The translations under genes were made by a program, and so were the position numbers. Shown piece by piece: positions 20,401-31,335 of a stretch of 64,000 nucleotides of DNA; position 1 is the first letter of the stretch, and each line of letters starts with the position of its first letter. The notes below the pieces were generated by a model. That model ran no database searches, was not told where the DNA came from, and saw only the letters and a list, made by a program, of their open reading frames with translations. The stretch is from the NCBI GenBank assembly GCA_036229005.1, contig JAZAMN010000011.1, positions 96,001 to 160,000 of the forward strand, in the 5' to 3' direction. The DNA comes from Myxococcota bacterium. GTDB lineage: Bacteria > Myxococcota_A > UBA796 > CAJQPC01.

Positions 20401-21279
20401 ATGAATCGCGTGTGGATCCTGGCTCCTGTGCTCACCCTCGGACTGGTCGCTTGCGGCAAGAAGCACGAGGGCAACTACGAGGTCGCTGAGGCCGCCGCTG
20501 ACGCCCAGAACTCCAACGTGGAGCTGATGGTGACAGGCGCGGACGCTCTCTGGGAGAAGCGCGGCGAGGAGGAGTCTCTCCGCCAGGCCCTTGCCGCCTA
20601 CGAGGGGGTCGTCAGCGCCGACCCCACCAACCGCCACGCCTACGCCCGCCTCACCCGCGGCTACTACTTCCTGGGGGACGGCGTCCTCACTGAGCCGGCC
20701 GCCAAGGGCGAGGCCTGGAACACCTCCGTGAGCTGGGGCAAGAAGTGCCTCGCGCTCAACAGTGACTTCGTCGGGCGGGTCGAGTCTGGTCAGACCGAGG
20801 CCGAGGCCGGCGCCGCCTTCGGCCAGGAGGACATGCCCTGCATGTACTGGATGGCCAGCTCCCTCGGGAAGTGGGCCAAGGCCGAGTCCCTGGCCACCAT
20901 CCTCCAGTACAAGGATCAGATCTACGCCTGGATGCTCCACCTGGACGCAACGGATCCGGAGTACTTCTACGCCGCCGCTGACCGCTACCTGGGCGCCTAC
21001 TGGGCTGCCCTCCCCAGCTTCGCTGGCCAGGACCTCGACAAGAGCCAGGAGCACTTCCTGGCCGCCATCGAGGCCAACCCCGACCACTTCGGCAACCGGG
21101 TCCTCTACGCGGACTACTGGGCCAAGAAGACCCAGAACAAGGAGGTCTTCCTGGAGCAGCTCAACATGGTCGTGAGCGGCGATCCCAGCGTCATCGAGGG
21201 CCTCGAGCCCGAGCAGCGCGCCGAGCAGGTCAAGGCCCAGGCGCTGCTGGATCAGGCCGACGACCTCTTCGTCGATTGA
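20401..21279 (+). CDS. TRAP transporter T component (TatT-like TPR lipoprotein)
   Basis: Lipobox LVA-C, helical repeats, [14 protein letters not shown]; directly upstream of dctP. Confidence 0.8.
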   Translation: MNRVWILAPVLTLGLVACGKKHEGNYEVAEAAADAQNSNVELMVTGADALWEKRGEEESLRQALAAYEGVVSADPTNRHAYARLTRGYYFLGDGVLTEPAAKGEAWNTSVSWGKKCLALNSDFVGRVESGQTEAEAGAAFGQEDMPCMYWMASSLGKWAKAESLATILQYKDQIYAWMLHLDATDPEYFYAAADRYLGAYWAALPSFAGQDLDKSQEHFLAAIEANPDHFGNRVLYADYWAKKTQNKEVFLEQLNMVVSGDPSVIEGLEPEQRAEQVKAQALLDQADDLFVD

Positions 21280-21305
21280 ACTTCCCCTCTCCCGGAGCGC
21301 TCCCC

Positions 21306-22331
21306 ATGAAGAAGACCTGGATCAAGGCCGCTGGTGTCAGCGCGGTCGCCCTCGCTGTCCTGGCCACCCCCACCTCGGAGACCCAGGCCCAGGCCCAGTA
21401 CACCCTGAACTTCGGCACCGTCGCGCCGGAAGGCACCCCCTGGGCTGACCAGCTCCAGTCCTTCCGCAAGCGCATCCAGGACGACTCCAACGGCGCCATC
21501 AAGGTCGTGGTCCACCACGGCACCATGGGCGGCGAGATCGAGATGAGCCGGGACTGCCGCCGCGGCGAGCGCCTCCAGGGCGTCGGCGTGTCCACTGGTG
21601 CCCTCTCCGAGGGTGCCGGCGTTCCTCTGCTCCAGCTCCCCGAGCTCCCCTACCTCTTCCGCAACGAGGCCGAGGCCGACGCCGTCCTGGACGAGGTCCT
21701 CTACGAGCCCGTCGCCAAGCAGCTCGACGCCAAGGGCTTCGTGTTCAACACCTGGGCCGAGAACGGCTGGCGCAACTTCGCCACCAAGGGCGGCCCCGCC
21801 ACCACCCCGGAGGAGCTCGCCAAGTTCAAGATGCGCTCCCAGGAGTCCATGGTCCACACGGGCATGTACAAGGCCCTCGGGACCCAGGCGGTCGCCCTCC
21901 CCACCTCCGAGGTGCTGCAGTCCCTGAACACCGGCGTGGTCACCGGCTTCGACAACACCCCGCTGTTCTCCCTGGCCGCCGGCTGGATCAACCCGGTGAC
22001 CCACTACACGCTGTCCCGGCACATCTACCAGCCCGCCGCCATCGTGTACTCCAAGCGCTTCATGGCCCGCCTGAGCCCGGACCTGCAGAAGGTCGTGGAG
22101 GGCGATCCCGCCAAGGAGGCGTCCATCGGCCGAAAGGCCGTGCGCGCCCAGGAAGGCGACATGCTCGCGGTCATCAAGACCAAGGGCATCGAGATCGTCG
22201 ACCTCAGCGACGCTCAGCGCCAGGCCTTCGCCGCAAAGACCCAGGGGGTCCACATGGACTTCGTGGCAGCGAACCCCGGCGTGAAGGGTGAGTACGAGAA
22301 GACCATGGCCAAGCTCAAGGCCATGCGCTGA
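21306..22331 (+). CDS. dctP: TRAP substrate-binding protein
   Basis: [26 protein letters not shown]. Confidence 0.92.
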   Translation: MKKTWIKAAGVSAVALAVLATPTSETQAQAQYTLNFGTVAPEGTPWADQLQSFRKRIQDDSNGAIKVVVHHGTMGGEIEMSRDCRRGERLQGVGVSTGALSEGAGVPLLQLPELPYLFRNEAEADAVLDEVLYEPVAKQLDAKGFVFNTWAENGWRNFATKGGPATTPEELAKFKMRSQESMVHTGMYKALGTQAVALPTSEVLQSLNTGVVTGFDNTPLFSLAAGWINPVTHYTLSRHIYQPAAIVYSKRFMARLSPDLQKVVEGDPAKEASIGRKAVRAQEGDMLAVIKTKGIEIVDLSDAQRQAFAAKTQGVHMDFVAANPGVKGEYEKTMAKLKAMR

Positions 22332-22394
22332 GCTTGCTCCGCCGCGCCGAGCCCTGAGTCCCAGGCGCTCGGCGCGCTCGTGCCTGGAGGCACC

Positions 22395-24950
22395 GTGTAT
22401 CGCCTGTTGACGGGATTCTTCGACGCCTTCGCGGGCGTCATTGGCGGGGTACAGGGTGGGATCCGCAGGGGCTGGAGGGCCTTCGCGGACGGTCCAGGCC
22501 AAACGCTGGTCTTCTTCCTGATCCTCAGCTTCACGGCACTGCGCCTCATCGTCGAGGACACGCTGGAGTGGATCGATCGGGTCATCGCCTGGCTCGAGAA
22601 GGCCATCATCGCGGTGGCCCTGCTGGCCATGACGGCCTTCTCCTTCCTGGACTACCTCCGCCGCGAAGCCGGCGTGGAGGCCCTGGAGGTCGAGGGTGGC
22701 CCCAACATGGCCATGCTGCTCATGGTCTGGGTAGGTTTCCTGGGCGCCTCCCTCGCCACCCGTCGCGGCGAACACCTCAGCGTCGACGCCACCGACCGGA
22801 TCCTGTCCCCGGGCGCCGCCAAGATCGCCAAGCGCTTCTCCGCGCTGGTGGCCGCCGGCCTCTCGTGGATCCTGATGAAGAACGCCTGGATGCTCACCGC
22901 AGAGGGCATCGAGTTCGGCGACACCATGGAGGGCCTGGTCGTCTGGCCCGCCCTGGTCACTCCCCTCAACTTCATCATCGGCAGGCTGCCCGGTGCAGAC
23001 GGGATCGCCTGGCCGGCGCTCCTGGGCTTCGGCCTGGTGTCCGCCATCGCCATGCGCCAGCTCCGCCGGTGGGAGCCCCAAGACAAGGCCGCACGGGAGC
23101 GCCAGGAGGCCCTGAACCTCCGTGACATCACCAACCCGGAGCTGCGCCCCAAGCTCCTCCGCCGCGCCGGACTGACGGCCCTGGAGGCCCTCGCGGGCGT
23201 CACCGGTGGGCTCGCCCTGCTGGCCGCTCTCCCGCTCATCTGGGAGCCCACCCTGGAGTTCGGCGACCCCGTCGTCTGGCCCAGCGTGGAGCCCGACGCC
23301 GGCTTCCCCATCTGGCTGGGCAACGTCGTCCTCCCCATGGCCTTCGCATTGATGGCCCTTCGCTTCGGCGTCGCCGGCATCCTCGGCCGCTTCAGCCCTG
23401 GCGCGGACGCCACCGAGGACGACGGCCCCATCGGCGCCAAGAAGCCCTCGGGCACCCGCACCCGGGCCGACAGCGTGATCGCCGGCTGGTTCCCTGGGCT
23501 GCTGCTGGGCGTCGGCGCCACCCTGGTGCTCGGCAAGCCCGCCATCATCCTCATCTGCGCCATCCTGCTGGTGCTCGTCGGCGCCCCCCTCTTCGTCGCC
23601 ATCGGCGTGGCCGCCTTCGCCAGCGTGGTCATCCTGTCGGACGGCGTGTCCGGCGTGGCCGTCGTCTCCGACATGTTCGAGGCCACCAAGAAGCAGGAGC
23701 TGCTCGCCATCCCCTTCTTCGTGCTCGCCGGCAACATCATGACCCAGGGCTCGCTCGCTGAGCGTCTGGTCGGCGTCGCGCGCGCAGCCATGGGCAAGAC
23801 CCCCGGCGGCCTCGGCCTCGCCACGATCTTCGCCTGTGTGATCTTCGCGGCCATCTCCGGGTCCTCACCCGTGACCGTCATCGCCATCGGCGGCCTGATG
23901 TTCCCCATGCTGCTCAAGGACCGCTACCCCGAGTCCTACAGCACCGGCGTCCTCGCCTCCGCTGGCTCCCTGGGCATCATCATCCCGCCCAGCATCCCGA
24001 TGATCCTCTACGCGGTGGTGACCTCCAACCCCCGCAACCCCATGAGCCCCATCGACCTCTTCCTGGCCGGTCTGCTCCCGGGGCTCTTCATCGCTGGCGT
24101 GCTCGTCGTCTACACCCTCTACGTGACCCGCCCCTCCGGCGGCGTGGACATCAAGATCCCCAAGGTCGAGGGCGGCTGGCTCAAGAACATGGGCCGCAGC
24201 CTCAAGCGCGGCATCCTCGCGCTGATGCTCCCCGTCCTGATCCTGGGCGGCATCTACGGTGTCTTCGCCCCCATCGGGATCCGCTTCACCGTGACCGAGG
24301 CCGCGGCCGTCTCGGTGGTGTACGCGATCGTCATCGAGCTCTTCGTCCACCGCGAGATGAGCCCTCGCCAGCTCACCAAGGTGCTGGTCGAGTCCGGCGT
24401 GATGATGGGCAGCCTCTTCGTCATCATCGTGCTCGCCATCGCCTTCAACAAGTTCCTGGCCTTCGAGAAGATCCCCGACCAGGCCACCGAGTGGCTCGCC
24501 GCCCACGTGGACTCCAAGTGGGAGTTCCTGCTCCTGGTCAACCTCTTCCTCATCGCGCTGGGGATGGTCATGGAGATCATCTCCGCCATCCTCATCGTCG
24601 CCCCGCTCCTGGCCCCGATCGCCTCGAGCTTCGGCATCGACCCGATCCACTTCGGGATCATCTTCATCGTCAACCTGGAGCTCGGCTACCTCACCCCGCC
24701 GATGGGCATCAACCTCTTCGTCGCCAGCACGGTGTTCAAGCAACCCATCGTCAAGGTGATCAAGTCGGCCCTGCCCTTCCTCTTCCTGATGGTGTTCTCC
24801 CTGGCGGTCATCGCCATCTTCCCCACCCTCTCGACCGCGATGCCCTGCGCCGTCAACAATGACTTCGACCGGGAGGCGACCGCGGCCTGCATCTGGCCGG
24901 ACGAGCCCCCCGCCGATACCCAAGAGGCAGACAGCCCCGGAGCCGACTGA
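22395..24950 (+). CDS. Fused TRAP small/large permease (DctQ-DctM)
   Basis: Q motif GFLGASLA..RGEHLSVD; M motifs LLAIPFF, FAAISGSS, IPPSIP, GYLTPP; SD GGAGG. Confidence 0.92.
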   Translation: MYRLLTGFFDAFAGVIGGVQGGIRRGWRAFADGPGQTLVFFLILSFTALRLIVEDTLEWIDRVIAWLEKAIIAVALLAMTAFSFLDYLRREAGVEALEVEGGPNMAMLLMVWVGFLGASLATRRGEHLSVDATDRILSPGAAKIAKRFSALVAAGLSWILMKNAWMLTAEGIEFGDTMEGLVVWPALVTPLNFIIGRLPGADGIAWPALLGFGLVSAIAMRQLRRWEPQDKAARERQEALNLRDITNPELRPKLLRRAGLTALEALAGVTGGLALLAALPLIWEPTLEFGDPVVWPSVEPDAGFPIWLGNVVLPMAFALMALRFGVAGILGRFSPGADATEDDGPIGAKKPSGTRTRADSVIAGWFPGLLLGVGATLVLGKPAIILICAILLVLVGAPLFVAIGVAAFASVVILSDGVSGVAVVSDMFEATKKQELLAIPFFVLAGNIMTQGSLAERLVGVARAAMGKTPGGLGLATIFACVIFAAISGSSPVTVIAIGGLMFPMLLKDRYPESYSTGVLASAGSLGIIIPPSIPMILYAVVTSNPRNPMSPIDLFLAGLLPGLFIAGVLVVYTLYVTRPSGGVDIKIPKVEGGWLKNMGRSLKRGILALMLPVLILGGIYGVFAPIGIRFTVTEAAAVSVVYAIVIELFVHREMSPRQLTKVLVESGVMMGSLFVIIVLAIAFNKFLAFEKIPDQATEWLAAHVDSKWEFLLLVNLFLIALGMVMEIISAILIVAPLLAPIASSFGIDPIHFGIIFIVNLELGYLTPPMGINLFVASTVFKQPIVKVIKSALPFLFLMVFSLAVIAIFPTLSTAMPCAVNNDFDREATAACIWPDEPPADTQEADSPGAD

Positions 24951-25771
24951 TGTCCGCCACCACCACCCTGGCCAGCAAGGACGGCACCCGCCTCCGCATG
25001 CTTCGCTGGGACCCCCAAGGTGAGCCCATCGGCAAGGTCCTCATCGTGCACGGCTTCGCGGAGCACATGGGCCGCTACGAGCACGTCGCCGGCGCCCTCA
25101 CCGCCCGGGGATGGACCGTGTTCGGCCTCGAGCTGCGCGGACACGGCGCGTCCGAGGGCGAGCGGGGCCACATCCTCCACTGGTCCGACTACGCCGACGA
25201 CGTCGATGCCGCGCTGGCCGAGATCGCCGACCCCGCGTTCGTGCTCTGCCACAGCATGGGCGGCCTGGTCATGTCCTGGCACGGCATCGAGCGCCAGCGC
25301 CCCCAGATCCAAGGCGTGGTCTTCACCAACCCCCTGATGGGCACCGCCTTCGAGCCCGCCCGGCTCAAGGTCATGGCGGGGCGCCTCCTCTCCAAGCTCG
25401 CCCCCGGCGTCGACCTCCCGGGAGAGGTGGACCCCCAGAACATCTGCCGGGATCCCGCCGTGGTGGACGCCTACGTGAACGACCCCTTGGTCTTCACCAC
25501 CATGAACGCCCGGTGGGCCATGGAGGTCCTCGCGGCCCAGCGCCTCATCCACGAGCGCGCCCGGGACTTCAAGCACCCCGTGCTCCTGCTCGTCAGCGAC
25601 GGCGACAAGATCTGCTCCGCCGAGCGCTCCAAGGCCTGGCTCTCCCAGGTCGGGAGCCCCGACAGCAGCCTGCAGGAGTTCGGGCCGCTGTACCACGAGC
25701 TGATGAACGAACCCGAGAAGCAGCAGGTCCTGGATTCGATCTGCGACTGGCTGGAGGCCCACCGTGCGTGA
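24950..25771 (+). CDS. Lysophospholipase / monoacylglycerol lipase-like alpha/beta hydrolase
   Basis: HGFAEH.GRY, HSMGG nucleophile elbow, YHELMNEPE. Confidence 0.88.
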   Translation: MSATTTLASKDGTRLRMLRWDPQGEPIGKVLIVHGFAEHMGRYEHVAGALTARGWTVFGLELRGHGASEGERGHILHWSDYADDVDAALAEIADPAFVLCHSMGGLVMSWHGIERQRPQIQGVVFTNPLMGTAFEPARLKVMAGRLLSKLAPGVDLPGEVDPQNICRDPAVVDAYVNDPLVFTTMNARWAMEVLAAQRLIHERARDFKHPVLLLVSDGDKICSAERSKAWLSQVGSPDSSLQEFGPLYHELMNEPEKQQVLDSICDWLEAHRA

Positions 25772-26300
25772 GCGCTTGATCACCCTGTTGAAGGAACTCT
25801 CCTACGAGCGCAAGCGCGTCGTGCTCGCCAGCGGCCTGGAGTCCGACTTCTACGTCGATGGCCGCCAGACCACCCTCAACGCCGAGGGCTCCTGGCTCAT
25901 CGGCAACCTCGTCCACGAGGCCCTCAAGCCCGAGGTCGTGGGCATCGGCGGCCTCGTCGTCGGCGCCGACCCCATCTCCGCCGCCACCGCAGCCGTCAGC
26001 TTCCACCGGGGACGCCCCGTCCAGGCCTTCCTGGTCCGCAAGGAGCCCAAGGGCCACGGCATGAAGCGCCACATCGAGGGCCGCCGCAACCTCCCCGACG
26101 GCAGCCCCGTCTGCATCGTGGAGGACACCTGCACCACCGGCGGCAGCATGCTCCGGGCCATCGACATCGCCGAGGCCGAAGGTCTCCGCGTCGTGCAGTG
26201 CCTCACCATCGTCGACAGGAACGAGGGAGCTGTGGAGCGCCTCGCGGCGGCTGGGCACACCCTCCAGGTCCTGGTCCATCGCCACGAGCTCGAGTCCTGA
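25764..26300 (+). CDS. pyrE: Orotate phosphoribosyltransferase
   Basis: LASG.ESDFYVD, VRKEPKGHG, VEDTCTTGGS. Confidence 0.93.
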   Translation: MRERLITLLKELSYERKRVVLASGLESDFYVDGRQTTLNAEGSWLIGNLVHEALKPEVVGIGGLVVGADPISAATAAVSFHRGRPVQAFLVRKEPKGHGMKRHIEGRRNLPDGSPVCIVEDTCTTGGSMLRAIDIAEAEGLRVVQCLTIVDRNEGAVERLAAAGHTLQVLVHRHELES

Positions 26301-26301
26301 G

Positions 26302-26320
26302 CCCAAGCGAGGTCACCCGT
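26302..26320 (+). repeat. Dispersed 19-bp repeat copy 2
   Basis: Identical 19/19 to copy 1. Confidence 0.65.
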
Positions 26321-26912
26321 CCGTGATCTCGATCGAGCCCGCCCCGAGCTCCTGCAGCTCCTCCTTGAGCCCGCTGACCGCCTCGACAGGCACCGCGAGC
26401 CGAAGCTGCACGGCGTGGTCCCACTGCGCATCGGTGACCTCGCCTGCGAACCGGGTGATCAGCCCGCGCACGGGCCCCTCCAGCGAGTAGGTGCACCGCA
26501 AAGTGAGGGGCAGGGTCGCAGCCTCCTCGACCCACTGGACCTGCTCAAGCGCCAGCGCGGCGGCCTCTCCGTAGGCCCGCACCAGCCCCCCGCAGCCCAG
26601 CTTGGTCCCGCCGTAGTAGCGGGTCACGATCACGACCGTCTGCTCGGCCTCGGCGGAGTCCAGGCGGCGAAGGATCGGCAGACCGGCCGTCCCGTTGGGC
26701 TCCCCGTCGTCCGAGCTGCGCCGTTGTTCGGGATCGATGCGCCAGGCAAAGCAATGGTGGGTGGCGTCCGGCATCTCCTCGCGGAGCTCCTGGATCAGCG
26801 CCATGGCCTGCTCCGCGTCCAGCGCCCGGTCCAGCGTGGCCAGGAAGCGGGACCCCTTGATGGGATCCAGCGCGACACGGACTCGGGAGGCGGGGCGACG
26901 CAGCAGCGGCAT
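26313..26912 (-). CDS. yigZ: YigZ/IMPACT family protein
   Basis: ATHHCFAW, DDGEP.GTAG.P, VTRYYGGTKLG.GGL.RAY. Confidence 0.92.
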   Translation of the reverse strand: MPLLRRPASRVRVALDPIKGSRFLATLDRALDAEQAMALIQELREEMPDATHHCFAWRIDPEQRRSSDDGEPNGTAGLPILRRLDSAEAEQTVVIVTRYYGGTKLGCGGLVRAYGEAAALALEQVQWVEEAATLPLTLRCTYSLEGPVRGLITRFAGEVTDAQWDHAVQLRLAVPVEAVSGLKEELQELGAGSIEITDG

Positions 26913-26951
26913 GGCTCCCCAGTATCCCGCCGGAGCAGATAGGTTGTGGCC

Positions 26952-28343
26952 ATGCTCACTCCCAAGATCTTCGCTGACCGCCGCGCCGCCCTCGCCAACA
27001 CCCTCGGCCGCCCCGTGCTGCTGATGGGCTGCGGGACGCGCCTGCGCAACCTGCCCATGAACCACCTGCCCTTCCGGCAGGACAGCAGCTTCCTGTACTT
27101 CACGAACTGCGCGATGCCCGACGCGGCGCTGCTGATCGACGGCGAGCACAGCACCCTCTTCCTGCCCCCCGCCGCGGACGACGACGCCCTCTGGCACGGG
27201 CACGTCGAGACCTTCGCCGACCACCGGGAGCACTACGGCGTGGACGAGGTCGCCGACATCTCCACTCTGGAGGCCCGCTGCGAGGGCAAGGAGCTCGCGA
27301 CCCTGGCCGTGGCCGATCCCGCCCCCACCGCCCGCGCGGCCGCCATCACTAGGCTCCCCCTGCGCTACGGCAAGCAGAACGGCAGCGACGACCTGATCGA
27401 CGCCATCATCCGCATGCGCCGCAACAAGAGCCCCGAAGAGCTCGAAGAGCTGCGCCACGCGGCCGTCTCCACCGCCGAGGCCTTCCACGCCGTCATGGCC
27501 GCGACCGAGGTCGGCGGGAGCGAGGCAGAGCTGGCGGCGCTGTTCACCGGTGTGCTCTACGCCCGCGGCCTGGAGCCCGGGTACCACCCCATCGTGACCG
27601 TGCGCGGCGAGGTCCTCCACAACCCGCACCACAGAAACCCCCTCCGCGAAGGCCAGCTCCTGCTCCTCGACGGTGGGGGCGAGCGGCCCAGCGGCTACAC
27701 CGTCGACATCACCCGCACCTGGCCCGTCGACGGCGTGTTCACCGGCCGGCAGCGCGCCGCCTACGAAGCCGTCCTGGAGTCGCAGCTCGCCGCGATCGAC
27801 AAGGTCCGCCCCGGCGTGCGCTACCGCGAGGTCCACGACACCGCCGCCCGCGTCCTGACCCGCTGGCTCCGCGACGAGGGCCTGCTCCGCGGCAGCCAAG
27901 ACGAGCTCATGGAGGCCCACGCCCACGCCGTCTTCTTCCCCCACGGCGTCGGTCACCACCTGGGCATGGACGTCCACGACCTCGAGCAGTTCGGGGACCG
28001 CGCCGCCTACGCGCCCGGCCGCAGCCGGGATCCCCACTTCGGGACCGCCTACCTGCGCATGGACATGGACCTGGAGCCGGGCCACGTCGTCACCATCGAG
28101 CCCGGCTTCTACGTCGTGCCCGCCATCCTTCGGGACGACACCCTCCGGGAGCGGCTGGGGGCCAAGGTGAACTGGGCGCTCGCCACCGAGTGGGCCCACT
28201 TTGGCGGGATCCGCATCGAAGACGACATCCACTGCACCGACGGCCACCCCGAGGTCATCACGGCGACCACCGTCAAGGGAATCTCCGACATCGAGGAGCT
28301 GGTCGGCAGCGGTGTCCCCGCCTCCCAGCGCCTGCGCCGCTGA
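26952..28343 (+). CDS. pepP: Xaa-Pro aminopeptidase (M24B)
   Basis: FRQDSSFLY, DITRT, HGVGHHLGMDVHD, TIEPG, GIRIEDD. Confidence 0.9.
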   Translation: MLTPKIFADRRAALANTLGRPVLLMGCGTRLRNLPMNHLPFRQDSSFLYFTNCAMPDAALLIDGEHSTLFLPPAADDDALWHGHVETFADHREHYGVDEVADISTLEARCEGKELATLAVADPAPTARAAAITRLPLRYGKQNGSDDLIDAIIRMRRNKSPEELEELRHAAVSTAEAFHAVMAATEVGGSEAELAALFTGVLYARGLEPGYHPIVTVRGEVLHNPHHRNPLREGQLLLLDGGGERPSGYTVDITRTWPVDGVFTGRQRAAYEAVLESQLAAIDKVRPGVRYREVHDTAARVLTRWLRDEGLLRGSQDELMEAHAHAVFFPHGVGHHLGMDVHDLEQFGDRAAYAPGRSRDPHFGTAYLRMDMDLEPGHVVTIEPGFYVVPAILRDDTLRERLGAKVNWALATEWAHFGGIRIEDDIHCTDGHPEVITATTVKGISDIEELVGSGVPASQRLRR

Positions 28344-28359
28344 CCTGTGCGCCGCCGAC

Positions 28360-29970
28360 TCAGTCGATCAGGCGGCGCTCCAGCACGGTGTCCCGGATCC
28401 AGCGGTCGTCGCTCTCCGGGAAGTCCAGGGTGTAGTGCAGCCCGCGGCTCTCACGGCGCCGTAGGGCCGACTCCACCACCAGCCCGGCCACATCGGCCAG
28501 GTTCCGGAGCTCCACAAGCTCCGGCGTCAGCACCGTCTCCCAGTAGTAGTGGCGCAGCTCGTCCTTGACCATCTGGACGCGCCGGCGGGCCCGCTTGAGG
28601 CGGTTGGTCGTGCGGACGATGCCCACGTAGTCCCACATGAACTTCTGGATCTCGGCCCAGGTGTGCTTGATCACCACCAGCTCGTCGGCCGGGACCGCGT
28701 GCCCGACATCCCAGGCCGGCAGCGTCGAGGGGATCTCTCCGGTCCGACCGCGCGCCTCGTTGGCGGCTGCGTGCGCGAAGACCGCGGCCTCCAGCAGCGA
28801 GTTGCTCGCGAGGCGGTTGGCCCCATGCAGCCCCGTGCAGCTCGCCTCTCCGATCACGAAGAGGTTCCGGATGGAGGACTCACCGTTCAGGTCCGTCCGG
28901 ACGCCGCCGCACACATAGTGACAGGCGGGGACCACCGGGATGGGGGCCTCGGCCATGTCATGGCCGGCCTCCTTGCAGTGCTTGTAGATGGCCGGGAAGT
29001 GGTCCATCAGGAACTCCCGGCTGTGGTGCGTCATGTCCAGGTACACGCAGTCATCGCCGCGGCGCTTGAGCTCTGCGTCGATCGCGCGCGCCACGATGTC
29101 GCGGGGGGCCAGCTCAAGGCGCTCGTCGTAGTTGACCATGAAGCGCTCGCCGCCCGAGTTCAGCAGGCGCCCGCCCTCTCCGCGGAGGGCCTCACTCACC
29201 AGGAAGCTGTCCTTGCCCGGGTTGTAGAGCGTGGTCGGGTGGAACTGCACGAACTCCATGTTCGCGATCCGTGCCCCGGCCCGCCAGGCCATGGCCATGC
29301 CGTCACCCGTCGCCACCCGCGGGTTGGAGGTGAAGCGGTAGATCTGCCCGGCACCGCCAGCGCAGAGGGCGACGACCCGGGCTGAGACGGCGCTCACCGT
29401 TCCCGACGGCTCGTCCAGTACGTAGGCGCCCACCACCCGGTCGGGGTAGCTCGGCAAAGGCCCGCCGCGCCGGCAGAGCCAGGCCTCGGTGATCAGGTCC
29501 ACGACCGTCTGGTGCTCGCGGATCTCGATGTTCGGGTGGACCCGGACCGCCTCGGACAGCGCCCGGACGATCTCCGCCCCGGTCTGGTCCCGAGCGTGCA
29601 GGATGCGGCGGGTGCTGTGGCCCCCCTCCCTGTGCAGCTCGTGCTCGTCAGGGCGGCCTTCGCGCTTGTCGAAGCTCACGCCCAGCTCGATCAGCTCTCG
29701 GATCCGCTCGGGTCCGGTCCGCACCACGTGCTCCACGGTCTCCCGGCGGCAGAGCCCCGCGCCGGCGACCAGGGTGTCCTGGATGTGGTCCTCGAAGCGA
29801 TCCTTGTCGTCCCAGACCGCGGCCACACCGCCCTGGGCGTAGCGGGAGTTGGACTCCCGGAGCACATCCTTGGTCACCAGGAGCACGCGGCCGGTGTCGG
29901 CCACCTTGAGGGCAAAGAGCATGCCCGCGAGTCCCGAGCCAATCACCAGATAGTCGCAGCACTGCGTCAT
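28360..29970 (-). CDS. nadB: L-aspartate oxidase
   Basis: GSGLAG, AQGGVA, EFVQFHPT, LHGANRLASNSLLE; SD GGAG. Confidence 0.95.
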   Translation of the reverse strand: MTQCCDYLVIGSGLAGMLFALKVADTGRVLLVTKDVLRESNSRYAQGGVAAVWDDKDRFEDHIQDTLVAGAGLCRRETVEHVVRTGPERIRELIELGVSFDKREGRPDEHELHREGGHSTRRILHARDQTGAEIVRALSEAVRVHPNIEIREHQTVVDLITEAWLCRRGGPLPSYPDRVVGAYVLDEPSGTVSAVSARVVALCAGGAGQIYRFTSNPRVATGDGMAMAWRAGARIANMEFVQFHPTTLYNPGKDSFLVSEALRGEGGRLLNSGGERFMVNYDERLELAPRDIVARAIDAELKRRGDDCVYLDMTHHSREFLMDHFPAIYKHCKEAGHDMAEAPIPVVPACHYVCGGVRTDLNGESSIRNLFVIGEASCTGLHGANRLASNSLLEAAVFAHAAANEARGRTGEIPSTLPAWDVGHAVPADELVVIKHTWAEIQKFMWDYVGIVRTTNRLKRARRRVQMVKDELRHYYWETVLTPELVELRNLADVAGLVVESALRRRESRGLHYTLDFPESDDRWIRDTVLERRLID

Positions 29971-30019
29971 GGGATCTCCAGCGATCCTGATACCATGATC
30001 GACCGGAGACTGGACCCCG

Positions 30020-30607
30020 ATGCTGCTTCTGGCCTTGCTCAGCGCTGGTGACATCTTCATGCGGGTCGAAGAAGACGGCTCGCTGACCTTCACCGATGTC
30101 CCCGCCGAAGAAGAGAGCTTCACCCTGTTCCTTCGGGAGAAGCCCCTCCCCGCTCCGACTGCGGTCTCCCTCAAGACCTTCCCGCTGCTGGACACCTGGG
30201 ACGAGGACATCCTGGACGCCGCCAAGCGCTACGGGGTCGAGGCGGCCCTGATCAAGGCCGTCTGCGTGGCGGAATCGGGCATGAACCCCAACGCGGTCTC
30301 CCCCGCCGGCGCCCAGGGGCTGATGCAGCTCATGCCGGCGACCGCCACATCGCTGGCCGTCCTGGACGCCTTCGATCCCATCCAGAACATCGACGGAGGC
30401 ACCCGCTACCTCAAGCGGCAGCTCCGCCGCTTCGGCTCCAAGGAGCTCGCGCTGGCCGCGTACAACGCCGGGCCTCACAACGTCGAGAAGCACGGGGGCA
30501 TCCCTCCCTTCGAGGAGACCCAGCGCTACGTCCCCCGGGTCCTCTCGCTCTACGAGTTCTTCCGGGTGCAGCGCCCCGTGGTCGCGCCCGTTAGCCAAAC
30601 CGAGTGA
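30020..30607 (+). CDS. Lytic transglycosylase (SLT) with DUF4124-like N-domain
   Basis: [25 protein letters not shown]. Confidence 0.92.
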   Translation: MLLLALLSAGDIFMRVEEDGSLTFTDVPAEEESFTLFLREKPLPAPTAVSLKTFPLLDTWDEDILDAAKRYGVEAALIKAVCVAESGMNPNAVSPAGAQGLMQLMPATATSLAVLDAFDPIQNIDGGTRYLKRQLRRFGSKELALAAYNAGPHNVEKHGGIPPFEETQRYVPRVLSLYEFFRVQRPVVAPVSQTE

Positions 30608-31221
30608 GCCAGCCTCCCTTCTACCGTCGCCCCGGCTTCTGGAACCTCCCGAACGCCATCACCGTCGCCCGCATCTTCGCGGTGCCGTTGATGGTGTGGG
30701 TCCTCTGGGACGAGCCCGGCAGGATGGAGGCCATCCTGGCCTGCGGGATCTTCGTCACCGCCATGCTGACGGACGTCCTGGACGGCTACCTGGCGCGCAA
30801 GTGGAAGCTCGTGTCCGTCGCCGGGGCCTTCCTGGACCCCCTGGCCGACAAGCTCATGGTCGCGACCACCATGGTCATGATGGTGGCGCTGGACTGGCTC
30901 CCCGCCTGGATCGCCGCCCTCATCATCTGCCGCGAGTTGACCATCACCGCCCTGCGGACCGTCGCTCTTTCCGAGGGCCTCAAGCTCCCCGCGGACAGCC
31001 TCGGCAAGTTCAAGACCGCCTTCCAGAGCACCGCCCTGGGCTACCTGCTCTGGCACTACCCCACCGAGCTGTGGCCGGGCTTCACCGTCTCCGCCACCAG
31101 CGTCGGCTACATCCTGCTGCTGATCGCCGTCGCCTTCACCATCATCTCCGCGTTCAACTACCTGTGGAACTTCTTCAAGCACGCCGCGGAGAAGGAGCGG
31201 AGGGAGGGGCTGCGGCCCTGA
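30604..31221 (+). CDS. pgsA: CDP-diacylglycerol--glycerol-3-phosphate 3-phosphatidyltransferase
   Basis: NLPN, D.LDGYLAR...G.FLDPLADK. Confidence 0.93.
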   Translation: MSQPPFYRRPGFWNLPNAITVARIFAVPLMVWVLWDEPGRMEAILACGIFVTAMLTDVLDGYLARKWKLVSVAGAFLDPLADKLMVATTMVMMVALDWLPAWIAALIICRELTITALRTVALSEGLKLPADSLGKFKTAFQSTALGYLLWHYPTELWPGFTVSATSVGYILLLIAVAFTIISAFNYLWNFFKHAAEKERREGLRP

Positions 31222-31335
31222 GGGGGACCCCACCCCAACTCGGTTGCGAGTGGAGCGGGCCAAGAACCCCCACCAGGAGGGCTTGATTCTCCCCAGTGTC
31301 TTTGCGCCTGCTATGGTCGGGGCAGAGGAGGGGAG

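Noticed and set aside
18712..21087. Extended N-termini in the ORF track (guaB 791 aa, also yigZ, nadB, gltE, FAD protein)
   Set aside because: Extensions overlap opposite-strand or upstream genes; SD-supported internal starts match family lengths
29995..30022. Frameshift that would give the transglycosylase a normal signal (MIDRRLDP + MLLLALLSA)
   Set aside because: That ATG overlaps a -10-like TACCAT and an SD GGAG precedes ATG 30020; not fully excluded without reads over the CCCC run
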